Origin: Candidatus Limnocylindrales bacterium | GTDB lineage: Bacteria > Chloroflexota > Limnocylindria > Limnocylindrales > CSP1-4 | NCBI GenBank assembly: GCA_038251965.1 | Contig: JBBSAV010000002.1 | Coordinates: 19,561 to 83,560 of the forward strand | Direction of reading: 5' to 3' | Length of the DNA stretch: 64,000 nt | Part shown: positions 1 through 9,818 of the stretch, piece by piece | Numbering within the stretch: position 1 is the stretch's first letter | How the letters are laid out: each line of letters starts with the position of its first letter | Notes under the pieces: model-generated | Told to the model about the DNA's origin: nothing | The model's input: the letters and a program-made list of their open reading frames with translations, nothing else | The model's database searches: none | Made by a program: the position numbers and the translations under genes

Positions 1-1440
1 ACCAGCAGCGACCTCATCGATGTCGCCGACGTGTTCATCGACATCACCACGGTGGCCAAGGTGGAGAAGGGCGTCCGCAGCGGGCGCCGAGTCGCGTCCG
101 ACGGCGATCTTTCCATGACCGAGGTGCCTGACAAGGAATCGGGCGTGGTCCCCCGTCGGCGTCGGCGTCGTGGTGAGACCGATGACAAGGTGGACAAGCC
201 AGAACGCGCTCCGCGCCGCCGCACCGTCAAGGCGGCGAACGAGTCGGCACCCGTCGAGTCCCCCAAGCCGGACTCCGTCGACATCACGAGACCCCCTGCC
301 GCCAGCCTCGTAGCGCTGCCGGGCGAGAAGCTCTCCCGCGGCGCTGAGGTTCCGGCCGCCGTGCCCGTGCCCGAGGCCGAGGTCGAAGAGGCGGCCGTGC
401 CGGGTGAAGTGGGATCCTCCGAAGACGGCCGCCGCCGCCGCCGCCGCCGGGGTGGTCGTGGTCGCGGTCGCGGTGGACGCGGCGATGAGCAGGCCGAGGG
501 GTCGTCCGAGGAGATCGATGACGAAGTGGCCGCGGTCAGCGCGCTGCCGGACGAGGTCCCCACACTTCCCCAGCATTCCGGATTCGGCTCTGTGTGGGAC
601 AGCCAGATCGGCGTGCCTGCCGATACGGCCACGTCGAGGCCGTCCGAAACGACCAAGTCCCCCGATGACGAGGAGTTCGACGACGAGCCCGAGGTCCCTG
701 AGTACCTGCTCTCAGAGAAACGACAGGGTGGTCGTGGTGGCCGAGACAGCCGAAGCGGCCGAAGTGGTCGTAATCGCGGCGGCAGCCCCGGCGGCTATCG
801 TTCCGCCATCGACCGCGAGCGCTACGGTGCCGGGTCCGGCTCCAGCTTCTCACGTGGCTCGGGCAGTCGTGGCGGCAGAGGCCCATCGATGGGCACGCCT
901 CGAGCCTCAGCGCATTCGATGGATCCCATCGAGCAGACTCCCGGTGGCGATCCCTGGAGTGAGGTCCCGCCTGAGGTGCAGGCACTGCTGAAGGCCGAGT
1001 TGGCCCGCCGCGAGGCGGTCGTCACCAAGCCCAAGCCTCCGGTTCCGACCGAGGCCTCCGAGGTTGCCGAGGCACCCAAGAAGCCGACTCGCCGCACCAC
1101 CAGGAAGCCTGCCGCCGCGACCAAGGCTCCGGCCGAGGCGACCACGGAAACGCCGACGGTTGCCGAGGCAGCCAAGAAGCCGACGCGCCGCCGCACCACC
1201 AGGAAGCCCGCCGACGCGACCAAGGCTCCGGCCGAGGCGACCACGGAAACGCCGACGGTTGCCGAGGCAGCCAAGAAGCCGATGCGCCGCACCACCAGGA
1301 AGCCTGCCGTCGCGACCAAGGCTCCGGCCGAGGCGACCACGGAAACGCCGACGGTTGCCGAGGCAGCCAAGAAGCCGACGCGCCGCCGCACCACCAGGAA
1401 GCCCGCTGACGCGACCGAGGCTCCGGCCGAAGACGCGTAG
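1..1440 (+). CDS. 3' part of a 5'-truncated ORF encoding a long Arg/Gly/Pro/Thr-rich low-complexity basic tail (RNase E/G-like or other RNA-binding tail; function not assignable)
   Basis: Frame 1 is open from base 1 to TAG at 1438-1440. It contains RRRRRRG, GGRGRGRGGRG and RGG-like tracts plus 32/33-aa basic tandem repeats. No catalytic domain lies inside the window. Confidence 0.45.
   Translation, partial: TSSDLIDVADVFIDITTVAKVEKGVRSGRRVASDGDLSMTEVPDKESGVVPRRRRRRGETDDKVDKPERAPRRRTVKAANESAPVESPKPDSVDITRPPAASLVALPGEKLSRGAEVPAAVPVPEAEVEEAAVPGEVGSSEDGRRRRRRRGGRGRGRGGRGDEQAEGSSEEIDDEVAAVSALPDEVPTLPQHSGFGSVWDSQIGVPADTATSRPSETTKSPDDEEFDDEPEVPEYLLSEKRQGGRGGRDSRSGRSGRNRGGSPGGYRSAIDRERYGAGSGSSFSRGSGSRGGRGPSMGTPRASAHSMDPIEQTPGGDPWSEVPPEVQALLKAELARREAVVTKPKPPVPTEASEVAEAPKKPTRRTTRKPAAATKAPAEATTETPTVAEAAKKPTRRRTTRKPADATKAPAEATTETPTVAEAAKKPMRRTTRKPAVATKAPAEATTETPTVAEAAKKPTRRRTTRKPADATEAPAEDA
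1063..1437 (+). repeat. In-frame tandem repeat, about 3.9 copies of a 96/99-nt unit (AEAAKKPTRRRTTRKPADATKAPAEATTETPTV)
   Basis: gttgccgaggca(g/c)ccaagaagccg recurs at 1063, 1159, 1258 and 1354, giving periods of 96, 99 and 96 nt. Copies are nearly identical. Confidence 0.9.
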
Positions 1441-1450
1441 GTTTGCCGAC

Positions 1451-2587
1451 ATGGTTCCTGCCGCCGAGCCCTCCCTGCCCGGCGGCATCTTCCTGACCCG
1501 TGGGCACGCGTCGGCCCTCAAGGCAGTCGCCCGTGCCGTCCGCAGCGAGCACCCGCCCCACGCACTCCTGTTGGTGGGTCCTCGCGGTATCGGCAAGACG
1601 ACACTGGCACTCGACCTCGCCGCCGGGCTGCTTTGCCTCGCCGAGGATCCGGCGCTACGCCCCTGCCGCGACTGCGGCGCCTGCCGCAAGGTCGATGCTG
1701 GCGGCCATCCCGACGTGCACCTACTGGCGCCAGAGGGCGCCGGTGAGCAGATCCGCATCGGGCAAGTCCAGATGCTGGTCTCGGATCTGGCGTTGACGGC
1801 GATGGAGGGTCGCTTCCGCATCGCCATCATCAGCGCCGCGCAGCGCATGAACCTCGACGCCCAGAACGCACTCCTCAAGACGCTGGAGGAGCCCGGCCCG
1901 GCGACATGTCTAATGCTCTGCGCGGATGATGCGGCGTCGTTGTTGCCCACCGTGCTGTCGCGTTCGGCCCGCTTGCGCCTCGCGCCGCTGCCCGTGGAGA
2001 TGCTCACCGATCTGCTCGCCACGGACGGCCACGCCCAGCCGGTCCACGCTCGAGCACGCGCCATCGCCGCCACGGGACGGCCCGGTCTGGCCATCCGGCT
2101 GGCGCGCCAACCAGAGGCGGTCCTGGCGCGCGCTCGGATCTCGCGAACGCTGCTGGAGCTCGCCGCGGCCGACCGGCGCACTCGTCTCACTGCTGCTGCC
2201 GACCTCATCACCGATGCCGCCGCGGTCGATGCGGCGATGCGCGATGAGCCAGCGCCATCGTCGAAGCGCCTCCAGCCGCTGGAGCGTCGCCGTGCTGTGC
2301 ATCTGATCATCGAGGTTTGGCGCGACGTGGGCCGAGATCTCGCGGTCGCTGCGCACGGCAACGGCCGCGGCATCCGCGACCTCGATCAACTCGACGAACT
2401 GCTGGCGCTGTCTGGTCGCCTCGATGAAGTCGCCCTGCGCCGCTTCCTCGACCGTCTCGACCGTCTGATGCTCGCCATCGAGGGCTATGCCAGTCCCGAA
2501 CTCACGCTCGACGTCCTGTTGCTGACGTGGCCCCGGCCCCACGCTCTCGGCGGCAAGATCGGCAAGAGTGGCAAGAGCGCCGCATGA
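1451..2587 (+). CDS. holB: DNA polymerase III subunit delta-prime
   Basis: LLLVGPRGIGKTT Walker A; CRDCGACRKV zinc module; GGHPDVHLL; NALLKTLEEP; TVLSRS sensor motif. ATG at 1451 follows the upstream stop. Confidence 0.85.
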   Translation: MVPAAEPSLPGGIFLTRGHASALKAVARAVRSEHPPHALLLVGPRGIGKTTLALDLAAGLLCLAEDPALRPCRDCGACRKVDAGGHPDVHLLAPEGAGEQIRIGQVQMLVSDLALTAMEGRFRIAIISAAQRMNLDAQNALLKTLEEPGPATCLMLCADDAASLLPTVLSRSARLRLAPLPVEMLTDLLATDGHAQPVHARARAIAATGRPGLAIRLARQPEAVLARARISRTLLELAAADRRTRLTAAADLITDAAAVDAAMRDEPAPSSKRLQPLERRRAVHLIIEVWRDVGRDLAVAAHGNGRGIRDLDQLDELLALSGRLDEVALRRFLDRLDRLMLAIEGYASPELTLDVLLLTWPRPHALGGKIGKSGKSAA

Positions 2588-2892
2588 CGGCCCTGCCAGG
2601 TGCCAGACGTCTCACGGCGACCGTGAGGGGCCAGGTCCAGGGGGTCGGCTTTCGCTGGTTCGTGGAGCGCGAGGCCGCGGGTCTGGGGCTGGACGGCTGG
2701 GTGTCCAACCAGGCCGATGGATCGGTCGAGGTCGTGGCCGAGGGTCCCGATGAAGTGCTCGATGGTCTGTTGCTGAGACTGTGGGAGGGCCCGTCCGGGT
2801 CGGCGGTCAGCCAGGTCGATGTGCGTCATGAGCCGGCCCGCGGAAACCTCATCGGTTTCACCATCCGCAGTGGAGCGCACCGCGGCGACTGA
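2584..2892 (+). CDS. acyP: Acylphosphatase
   Basis: VRGQVQGVGFRWFV and GWVSNQADGSVEVVAEG signatures; about 100 aa; ATGA overlap with the holB stop. Confidence 0.85.
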   Translation: MTALPGARRLTATVRGQVQGVGFRWFVEREAAGLGLDGWVSNQADGSVEVVAEGPDEVLDGLLLRLWEGPSGSAVSQVDVRHEPARGNLIGFTIRSGAHRGD

Positions 2893-2947
2893 TCCGGCTG
2901 TGGCCGGCACGGACCCCGGTGCATCGGACGCTGCTAAGGTGAAGGTC

Positions 2948-5900
2948 ATGGATTTCCGTATCGCTCGTCCGGCCCGTGATCGCTACGGCTTCGACGAAAG
3001 CCTCTCCTTCAGCGATGGCGATGCTATCTCCTTCGATGTTTCGCGTGCGTTGCCGCTGGCAGAGTGCTTCGTGCCTCCCGATGCCGATCGCGCTCGGGTG
3101 GCCTCGGAGATCGCGGCCATCGGCCTCATGCAGGAGTTGGCTCACCGTGCCGTGGCGGTCGAGCGGCGCGCTGATCCCGCTGCCGGCGGCCCATTGGCGC
3201 GGGGACTCGGCGTGCTCGACTCACGCTTCGAACAGACCGGCGTGGATGCCGGGCTGCTGGTCTACGAGCGCACCTTCCCGGCGCTACCGGTGTATCGCGA
3301 CGAGGTCGAGGCCCGAGAATGGATCACCCGTGACAAGGGCGATGTACCCGGGCGTGAGGCGGCGCTGGAGGAGTTGTTGCTCACCGGGATCGCGGCCCAG
3401 AACCCAGCCGCCGCCGCCTACCGTGAGCTGATCTCGGACCCGTCACTGTCTGAGACAGCGCAGCGACGTCTGCTCGACGGGCTTGCCGGCGACACCCTCG
3501 ATCGGGATGACCCCGACCTCCTGCGCCGGGCGCCCGCGCGGACACTGGTGCAGCGCTTGCTGGAGCCGATCAAGGCCGCGCCGCAGTCGCTGGGTGCGCA
3601 ACTGCGCTGGATCCGCATCCACTGGGCGGGTTGGCTCGACGATGCCAACCTGCTGCAGATCGATCGCCAGCTGGGCGCCCTCGATGACATCGAACGCGCC
3701 GCCTGGCTGCAAGCGCAGCGCGGTCCCGGAAGTGGTGACCACGCCGAGTCAGCGGCCCTCGCAGGCTTCGGCGCCTTGGACGACGAGCCCGAGGCGTTCA
3801 GCACCGATCGCGACTGGATGGCGGAGCTGGTATTGGTGGCCAAGTCGACCTACGTCTGGCTGGCACAGCTTTCGCGCCAGTACGGCCGGGCGATCGACCG
3901 CCTGGACCAGGTTCCCGACGAGGAGCTGGACGAGCTGCGGGCTCGCGGTTTCACGGGGCTTTGGCTCATCGGCCTATGGGAGCGCAGCCACGCGTCGCGG
4001 CGCATCAAACAGATGCGCGGCAACCCGGATGCGATGGCATCGGCATATTCGGTCGCCGACTACCGCATCGCTGAAGATCTGGGTGGGGATGCCGCCTGGT
4101 ATGACCTGCGGGAGCGAGCCGCTGCACGGGGTGTCCGGTTGGCCGCGGACATGGTTCCCAACCACATGGGTATCGATTCGACGTGGGTGGTGGAACACCC
4201 CGAGCGTTTCGTCTCGTCACCCTATCCGCCGTTCGATTCGTACTCGTTCACCGGCGAGGACCTCTCGTCCGACGGACGGGTGGTCATCCAACTGGAAGAC
4301 CACTACTGGGATTCCTCGGATGCGGCCGTCGTGTTCAAGCGCATCGACAAGGCCAGCGGCGACGAGCGCTACATCTACCACGGCAACGACGGCACCAGCT
4401 TCCCCTGGAACGACACGGCCCAGCTCGACTACCTCGATGCCGGAACTCGCGAAGCCGTCATCGGCCAGATCCTGGAGGTGGCTCGCCGCTTCTCGGTGAT
4501 CCGCTTCGATGCCGCCATGGTGCTCGCTCGTCGCCACATCCAGCGCCTGTGGTACCCGCAACCGGGCCACGAAGCAGGCATCCCCTCACGCTCGGCAGCG
4601 GCTGTCCCCGCCGCTGAGCTGCGCCGCTTGATGCCCCAGGAATTCTGGCGTGAGGTGGTCGACCGCGTCGCGGCAGAGGTGCCGGACACGCTGCTGCTGG
4701 CCGAAGCGTTCTGGCTGATGGAGGGCTACTTCGTTCGCACGCTCGGCATGCACCGGGTCTACAACAGCGCCTTCATGCACATGCTGCGCGACGAGAAGAA
4801 CACCGAGTACCAGGGTGTCATCCGCGAGACCGTCTCCTTCGATGCGCGCATCCTGGGTCGCTATGTCAACTTCATGAACAATCCCGACGAGCGTTCCGCC
4901 GTCGACCAGTTCGGTAGCGATGATAAGTACTTTGGCGTGGCCACCCTGCTGGCGACCCTGCCCGGATTGCCCATGTTCGGCCACGGCCAGTTCGAGGGCT
5001 ACAGCGAACAGTACGGCATGGAGTTCCGCCGACCGCAGCGCGACGAATGGCCGGACAGTGGGCTGCTGGAACGGCACCGGCGAGAGATCAGCCCACTACT
5101 GCATCAGCGCTGGCGCTTCTCGGGCGCGTCGGGGTTCCGTCAGCTCACAGCTCTCGAAGGCAACGGCGCGAACCCCGACGTGTTCGCCTTTGCGAACGTG
5201 GCGGAGAGCGGGCCACCCGATGCGGCCGAGCGCCGATCGCTGGTTGTGTATCTCAACCGCTACCCACGGGCGCTTGTGCGGATCCCTGGCGTGGCGGAGG
5301 TGCTGCACCTTGATGACGATCCCGACGGCTTCGTCATCCTGCGCGACCATCGCAGCGGGCTCGAGTTCCTGCGGCGGCAGCGTGACCTGCGTGAGCATGG
5401 CCTCGAGTTAGGGCTCGATGGCTACGGCTGCCACGTCTTTCTGGCCTTCGAGCAGGTCACCGACGCCGCCGATACCGGCTGGGCCGAGCTGGCCGCTCGC
5501 GTGGGGCTCGATGGTGTGCCAGATGCGCACCTGGCTCTACGTCGTATGCGTGATGAGCCGATCCGGAGTGCGGTCGCGGCGGTCTTCGCCACGCGTGTCG
5601 CCGAGTATGCCTTCCTGCCGCGAGTCGGCGCCGACCCGGAGACGGAGGCCGGTGCCGATGCCGCACGGGCGAGTCTCTCGGAGGCGTTGGAGCGGGTCGC
5701 GGCCCTCGCCGGCAGCCGTGAGGATACGGTTAGCATCGCTCATGAGACGTCTCGATCGGCGTCGGCCGTGCGCTCGGTGCGCCCCCGCCTACTTTCGCAA
5801 GCCATCGCCGCCTGGGTCATCTTCGATGCCATATCCGACGTCGCCTGTGATGGTGACCCGGCGCGTGCCACCTCTGCGTTCGATGACTGGGGAGCCGCCG

Positions 5901-6295
5901 CGGCAGCGGGCGACCGGGCGCGTCGCGCCGGCAGTGGCGACGCACAGGCATGGCGCGCGGTCGAGTTGGCACGAGCCCTGCTGGCGATCGGTCCGGGCGC
6001 CTTACTGACGGCAGCGGACATTGACGGGCTGCCCCAAGCGTGGTTCGGCTCTGAGGCTGTGCGCGCCGCCACCGGCTGGAATGAATGGCAGGGGCAGACA
6101 TACCTGTCACAGGAGGCGTGGGACGAGTTCATCGACGCGCTCTCCGAGCGCGACGATCTGCTGGGCCTGCCCAGCGCCATCGACGCCGCGGCCGAGCTGC
6201 GGCGTCGGGCAGCTGCTGCCGGCTATCGGCTGGGTGCTACCGGCATGGCTCTGGGTCCTCCAGCTGACCCATCCACGCCTGCCGCTGACGCGTGA
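2948..6295 (+). CDS. Large (about 1115 aa) alpha-amylase-family (GH13-like) protein with long N- and C-terminal extensions
   Basis: GH13-like conserved regions: AADMVPNHMG (I), VIRFDAAMVLARRH (II), LLLAEAFW (III), YVNFMNNPDE (IV, atypical). Start at ATG 2948 was chosen downstream of acyP and is uncertain. Confidence 0.7.
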   Translation: MDFRIARPARDRYGFDESLSFSDGDAISFDVSRALPLAECFVPPDADRARVASEIAAIGLMQELAHRAVAVERRADPAAGGPLARGLGVLDSRFEQTGVDAGLLVYERTFPALPVYRDEVEAREWITRDKGDVPGREAALEELLLTGIAAQNPAAAAYRELISDPSLSETAQRRLLDGLAGDTLDRDDPDLLRRAPARTLVQRLLEPIKAAPQSLGAQLRWIRIHWAGWLDDANLLQIDRQLGALDDIERAAWLQAQRGPGSGDHAESAALAGFGALDDEPEAFSTDRDWMAELVLVAKSTYVWLAQLSRQYGRAIDRLDQVPDEELDELRARGFTGLWLIGLWERSHASRRIKQMRGNPDAMASAYSVADYRIAEDLGGDAAWYDLRERAAARGVRLAADMVPNHMGIDSTWVVEHPERFVSSPYPPFDSYSFTGEDLSSDGRVVIQLEDHYWDSSDAAVVFKRIDKASGDERYIYHGNDGTSFPWNDTAQLDYLDAGTREAVIGQILEVARRFSVIRFDAAMVLARRHIQRLWYPQPGHEAGIPSRSAAAVPAAELRRLMPQEFWREVVDRVAAEVPDTLLLAEAFWLMEGYFVRTLGMHRVYNSAFMHMLRDEKNTEYQGVIRETVSFDARILGRYVNFMNNPDERSAVDQFGSDDKYFGVATLLATLPGLPMFGHGQFEGYSEQYGMEFRRPQRDEWPDSGLLERHRREISPLLHQRWRFSGASGFRQLTALEGNGANPDVFAFANVAESGPPDAAERRSLVVYLNRYPRALVRIPGVAEVLHLDDDPDGFVILRDHRSGLEFLRRQRDLREHGLELGLDGYGCHVFLAFEQVTDAADTGWAELAARVGLDGVPDAHLALRRMRDEPIRSAVAAVFATRVAEYAFLPRVGADPETEAGADAARASLSEALERVAALAGSREDTVSIAHETSRSASAVRSVRPRLLSQAIAAWVIFDAISDVACDGDPARATSAFDDWGAAAAAGDRARRAGSGDAQAWRAVELARALLAIGPGALLTAADIDGLPQAWFGSEAVRAATGWNEWQGQTYLSQEAWDEFIDALSERDDLLGLPSAIDAAAELRRRAAAAGYRLGATGMALGPPADPSTPAADA

Positions 6296-6999
6296 GCGGC
6301 GATCGCCTCGGCGATCTGGTCGCTGACATCACCATCTGTCGCCGCTGCCCGCGCCTGGTGGCATGGCGCGAGGAGGTGGCACGCACCAAGGTGGCGCGCT
6401 ACCGCGACGAGGTCTACTGGGGGCGGCCCGTCCCCGGGTTCGGCGATCCGATGGCTCGGCTGCTGCTCGTCGGGCTTGCCCCCGCGGCGCACGGCGGCAA
6501 CCGTACCGGCCGCGTCTTCACCGGTGATAGCCGAGGCGTCTCGGGTGAGATGCTCTTCGAGGCGCTGTACCACACTGGCTATTCGCCCAGACCGCGTTCG
6601 GTAAGTGCTGCCGACGGGCTCGTGCTGGACGACGCCTACATCGCTGCGGTCAACCGATGCGCGCCGCCGGCCAACAAGCCCTCCACGGAGGAGCGCGACG
6701 CCTGCTTGCCATTCCTCGCGCGTGAGCTGCGCCTGCTACCCAGTGTCCGCGTCATCCTCGCGCTAGGCGGATACGCCTGGGATGCGGTCCTGCGGGTGCT
6801 GGCAGCGGAGGGGCACACGACCTCACCCAAGCCGCGCTTCGGCCATGGTGCGCAAGGAGCCGTCGGTCCCTACACCCTGCTGGGCTGCTATCACCCCAGC
6901 CAGCAGAACACCTTCACCGGTCGGGTGACACGATCGATGATCGAGGACGTGCTCAGGACCGCCCGCGCTGCCACGGAGACCGTCCTGCCCGCCCGATGA
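6292..6999 (+). CDS. Uracil-DNA glycosylase, family 5 (UdgB-type, Fe-S)
   Basis: VGLAPAAHGGNRTGRVFTGD motif (Ala in place of the family-4 catalytic residue); CRRCPRL cysteines; GCYHPSQQN. GTGA overlap with the upstream stop. Confidence 0.8.
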   Translation: MSGDRLGDLVADITICRRCPRLVAWREEVARTKVARYRDEVYWGRPVPGFGDPMARLLLVGLAPAAHGGNRTGRVFTGDSRGVSGEMLFEALYHTGYSPRPRSVSAADGLVLDDAYIAAVNRCAPPANKPSTEERDACLPFLARELRLLPSVRVILALGGYAWDAVLRVLAAEGHTTSPKPRFGHGAQGAVGPYTLLGCYHPSQQNTFTGRVTRSMIEDVLRTARAATETVLPAR

Positions 7000-7114
7000 T
7001 TCGGGGTTGCAATTCGCATACCTTGGCGCTATACCTTTCTCTCCAGCCGCGAGACGGGAGGGTATGTGCCCTTCGGGGGACTCGGCAGAGGCAGTTGAGG
7101 AGGTCAGTCCCCCG

Positions 7115-8356
7115 ATGAGATCACGCTATGTATCGGGCATCGCAGGAGCGGCACTGCTCCTGGTTTCGCAGGGCATGTCAGCCGCAGCACAGGAGCCGAC
7201 GATCGAGGTCGTCGCGCAAGGCCTGAACACACCGCGAGGCATCTCCGTCGCGGACGACGGCAGCCTCTTGGTCGCCGAGGCCGGCTCGGGCGGTGACACC
7301 TGCTTGGGGGAAGGCATGTGCTACGGGCCCAGCGGCGCCATCCTCCGCATCACCGATGGCTCGGTCCAGAAGGTGCTCGACGGGCTCATCTCGGCCGGCA
7401 GCGACCAGGAGACCGGCGGTGTCTCGGATGTCGTACCGATGGGCGGCGACTTCTACTTCATCATGAACTTGGGCGGGAACCCGGCCGATCGCGCGGGCTA
7501 CCCACCCGAGCTGCAGTCGTCCGGTTGGCTGATGCGTGGTTCCATGGACGGCTCCAGCGAAGCGGTGGCGGACGTCGCCGCCTTCGAGCTCAGCGACGAC
7601 CCCGATGCGGAGTACACCGCCGGCGTCCCGGATTCCAATCCCTACTCGATCGCCATCGCTGACGGCGGCGTGGCCGTGGCTGATGCCGGCGGCAATGACC
7701 TGCTGCTCGTCGATGATGCCGGGAACATCTCACTGGTCGCGCTGTTCCCGCCCACGATGCATGAGTTCCCCACCGAGCTGCTCGCCGCCATGGGTCCGCC
7801 AGAGGGCGAGGGCGGCGATGCCGCGACCGGAGGCGACGCCGCGACCGAAAGCGAAGCGCCGGCGTCCAGCCAAGTGCCTGTCGACGGTGAGGGGGCGGCG
7901 ACTGCCGGGGCCGGTGAGATGGTCTCCATCCCCGTCCAGGCCGTGCCTACCTCCGTCGTGGTAGGGCCTGATGGCGCTTACTACGTTGGCCAGCTCACCG
8001 GTGGACCATTCCCAGCCGGCGGCGCCTCGGTCTACCGGGTGGTGCCCGGCGAAGAGCCGACGACATACGCCACCGGTTTCACCAACATCATCGACATCGC
8101 GTTCGGCCCCGACGGCACGCTGTACGTGGCTGAACTCGTGCACGATGGCCTGATGGGTGTCTTCGGCAACGGCGCACCACCGGTCGGCGCGGTCTTGGCC
8201 GTGCCTCCGGGTGGTGGCGATCCCACCATGGTCGCCACCGGCGAGCAGTTGATGGCGCCCGGCGGTTTGGCGGTGGCCGACGACGGCAGCATCTACGTCT
8301 CCACCGGCACGATCATGGGCCCGGGAGCCGGCGCCATCGTCAAGATCACCCCGTAG
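7115..8356 (+). CDS. Secreted beta-propeller protein, ScyD/ScyE-like
   Basis: gaggagg RBS before ATG 7115; signal peptide AALLLVSQGMSAAAQE; LNTPRGISVADDGSLLVAEAGSGGD..C..CYGPSGAILRI; repeated PDG.LYV blades. Confidence 0.6.
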   Translation: MRSRYVSGIAGAALLLVSQGMSAAAQEPTIEVVAQGLNTPRGISVADDGSLLVAEAGSGGDTCLGEGMCYGPSGAILRITDGSVQKVLDGLISAGSDQETGGVSDVVPMGGDFYFIMNLGGNPADRAGYPPELQSSGWLMRGSMDGSSEAVADVAAFELSDDPDAEYTAGVPDSNPYSIAIADGGVAVADAGGNDLLLVDDAGNISLVALFPPTMHEFPTELLAAMGPPEGEGGDAATGGDAATESEAPASSQVPVDGEGAATAGAGEMVSIPVQAVPTSVVVGPDGAYYVGQLTGGPFPAGGASVYRVVPGEEPTTYATGFTNIIDIAFGPDGTLYVAELVHDGLMGVFGNGAPPVGAVLAVPPGGGDPTMVATGEQLMAPGGLAVADDGSIYVSTGTIMGPGAGAIVKITP

Positions 8357-8474
8357 CACCAAGGGACCTCCACGCGGGGGACACTCCCTTCAAGGGCGGC
8401 TCGCCGGTCGGCGGGCCGCGTTCTTCGTGCCCTGTTCGCGCCGCGCCCTCCCATACCTCTACACTCGGCCCCCG

Positions 8475-9773
8475 ATGCACCGAGTCCGACCGATCATCGG
8501 GTTGCTGCAGCGCAACCCCGACTTCGCACGCCTGTACCTTGCCCTGTTGGTCGCCTTCGCGGCCGACTGGTTCGCCACGGTCGCACTCATCGACCTGGTC
8601 CTGGATACGACCGAGTCCACTGCCGCTGCGTCGGTCATCCTGGTGCTGCAGATGGCACCGTTCCTGGTGGCTGCGCCCATCGCCGGGATGCTGGCGGACC
8701 GCTTCGACAGGCGCATCATGCTGGCCGGCGCCAACATCGCCCGCGGTATCGTCTGCATCGGCCTGCTCTTCGCGGTCGATGCGGACACGGTCTGGATCGC
8801 CTTCGCGGTCGTGGCGCTGTTGGCCTTCGGGGCGGCCTTCTTCGAGCCCACCGTCTCCGCATCGCTGCCCAACCTGGTCGATCGTGCCGACCTGCCCACC
8901 GCCAACGCGCTCATCGGCTCGGCCTGGGGGACGATGGTCGCCTTCGGCGCGGCGCTCGGTGGCATCGTGGCGGCCACCGTCGGGCGCGAGGTCACCTTCC
9001 TCATGTACCCGCTGCTGTTCTTCGTCTCGGGCGCCTTGGTGTGGTCGGTCAAGCGATCCATGCGCGAGCCCGATCATGTGCCGGAGAACGCGCCCCACGG
9101 CCTCAGCGGCCTGGTTTCCACCGTGACCGAGACACTGTCCCTGGCTCGCCGTGATCACGGCGTAGCCGCCTTGTTGCTGACCAAGCCGACGTTCGGCGTC
9201 GCCACCGGCATCGTCCACATGCTGGCCATCACTAGCGACGACATCTGGGGCGCCGGACAGTTGGGTGTGGGCCTGCTCTTCGCTGCGCGCGGGATGGGTT
9301 CGCTGGTGGGTCCGTTCCTGGCCCGCCGCTTCGCTACCGACGACCGCGCGCTGCTGCTGCGGGGCATCGGCCTGACGTTCTTCGTCTACCTGGTGGGCTA
9401 CGCGCTGCTGCCGCTGTCACCGGTCATCTGGGCGGCTGCGGTCTTCGTGCTCGTCGGCCATCTCGGCAGCGGCGCGCAGTGGACGCTCTCCTCCTTCGGC
9501 CTGCAGCGGGCCACGCCTGACCGGGTACGCGGCCGCGTCTTCGCGGTCGACTTCGGCCTGGCGCTGGCCGTGTCGTCCGTGTCCACGCTGACGGCGGGTG
9601 CCCTGGCGGGGATCATCGGGCCTGTGCCCACGCTGTACGTGATGCTGGGCGCCATGGCGGCGACCGTGACGGTGTGGTTCTGGTGGACCCGACCGATCCG
9701 GCAGGCGCCTGGGACGCTGTCGTCCCTCGGGGCCGAGCCGCCACCCCACGCCACCCCTGAACCACCGATGTGA
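8475..9773 (+). CDS. MFS transporter
   Basis: About 12 predicted TM helices; GMLADRFDRR motif between TM2 and TM3. Confidence 0.75.
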   Translation: MHRVRPIIGLLQRNPDFARLYLALLVAFAADWFATVALIDLVLDTTESTAAASVILVLQMAPFLVAAPIAGMLADRFDRRIMLAGANIARGIVCIGLLFAVDADTVWIAFAVVALLAFGAAFFEPTVSASLPNLVDRADLPTANALIGSAWGTMVAFGAALGGIVAATVGREVTFLMYPLLFFVSGALVWSVKRSMREPDHVPENAPHGLSGLVSTVTETLSLARRDHGVAALLLTKPTFGVATGIVHMLAITSDDIWGAGQLGVGLLFAARGMGSLVGPFLARRFATDDRALLLRGIGLTFFVYLVGYALLPLSPVIWAAAVFVLVGHLGSGAQWTLSSFGLQRATPDRVRGRVFAVDFGLALAVSSVSTLTAGALAGIIGPVPTLYVMLGAMAATVTVWFWWTRPIRQAPGTLSSLGAEPPPHATPEPPM

Positions 9774-9818
9774 CGGTCAGTCACACCCGACGGCGAGCGC
9801 GCCCCTCCTGTCGGCCGG

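Noticed and set aside
1063-1437. Possible CRISPR-like array because of regular ~97-nt periodicity
   Set aside because: The units are contiguous with no unique spacers, lie in frame inside an ORF, and encode a coherent peptide repeat.
907-2373. 488-aa minus-strand ORF, with several other long ORFs overlapping holB and the basic-tail gene
   Set aside because: It is Arg/Ala/Ser-rich nonsense typical of antisense shadow ORFs in high-GC DNA. The plus-strand frames carry clear holB motifs.
2819-2947. Upstream extension of the GH13 ORF overlapping acyP
   Set aside because: It overlaps the well-supported acylphosphatase frame. ATG 2948 after the acyP stop is more plausible, though unverified.
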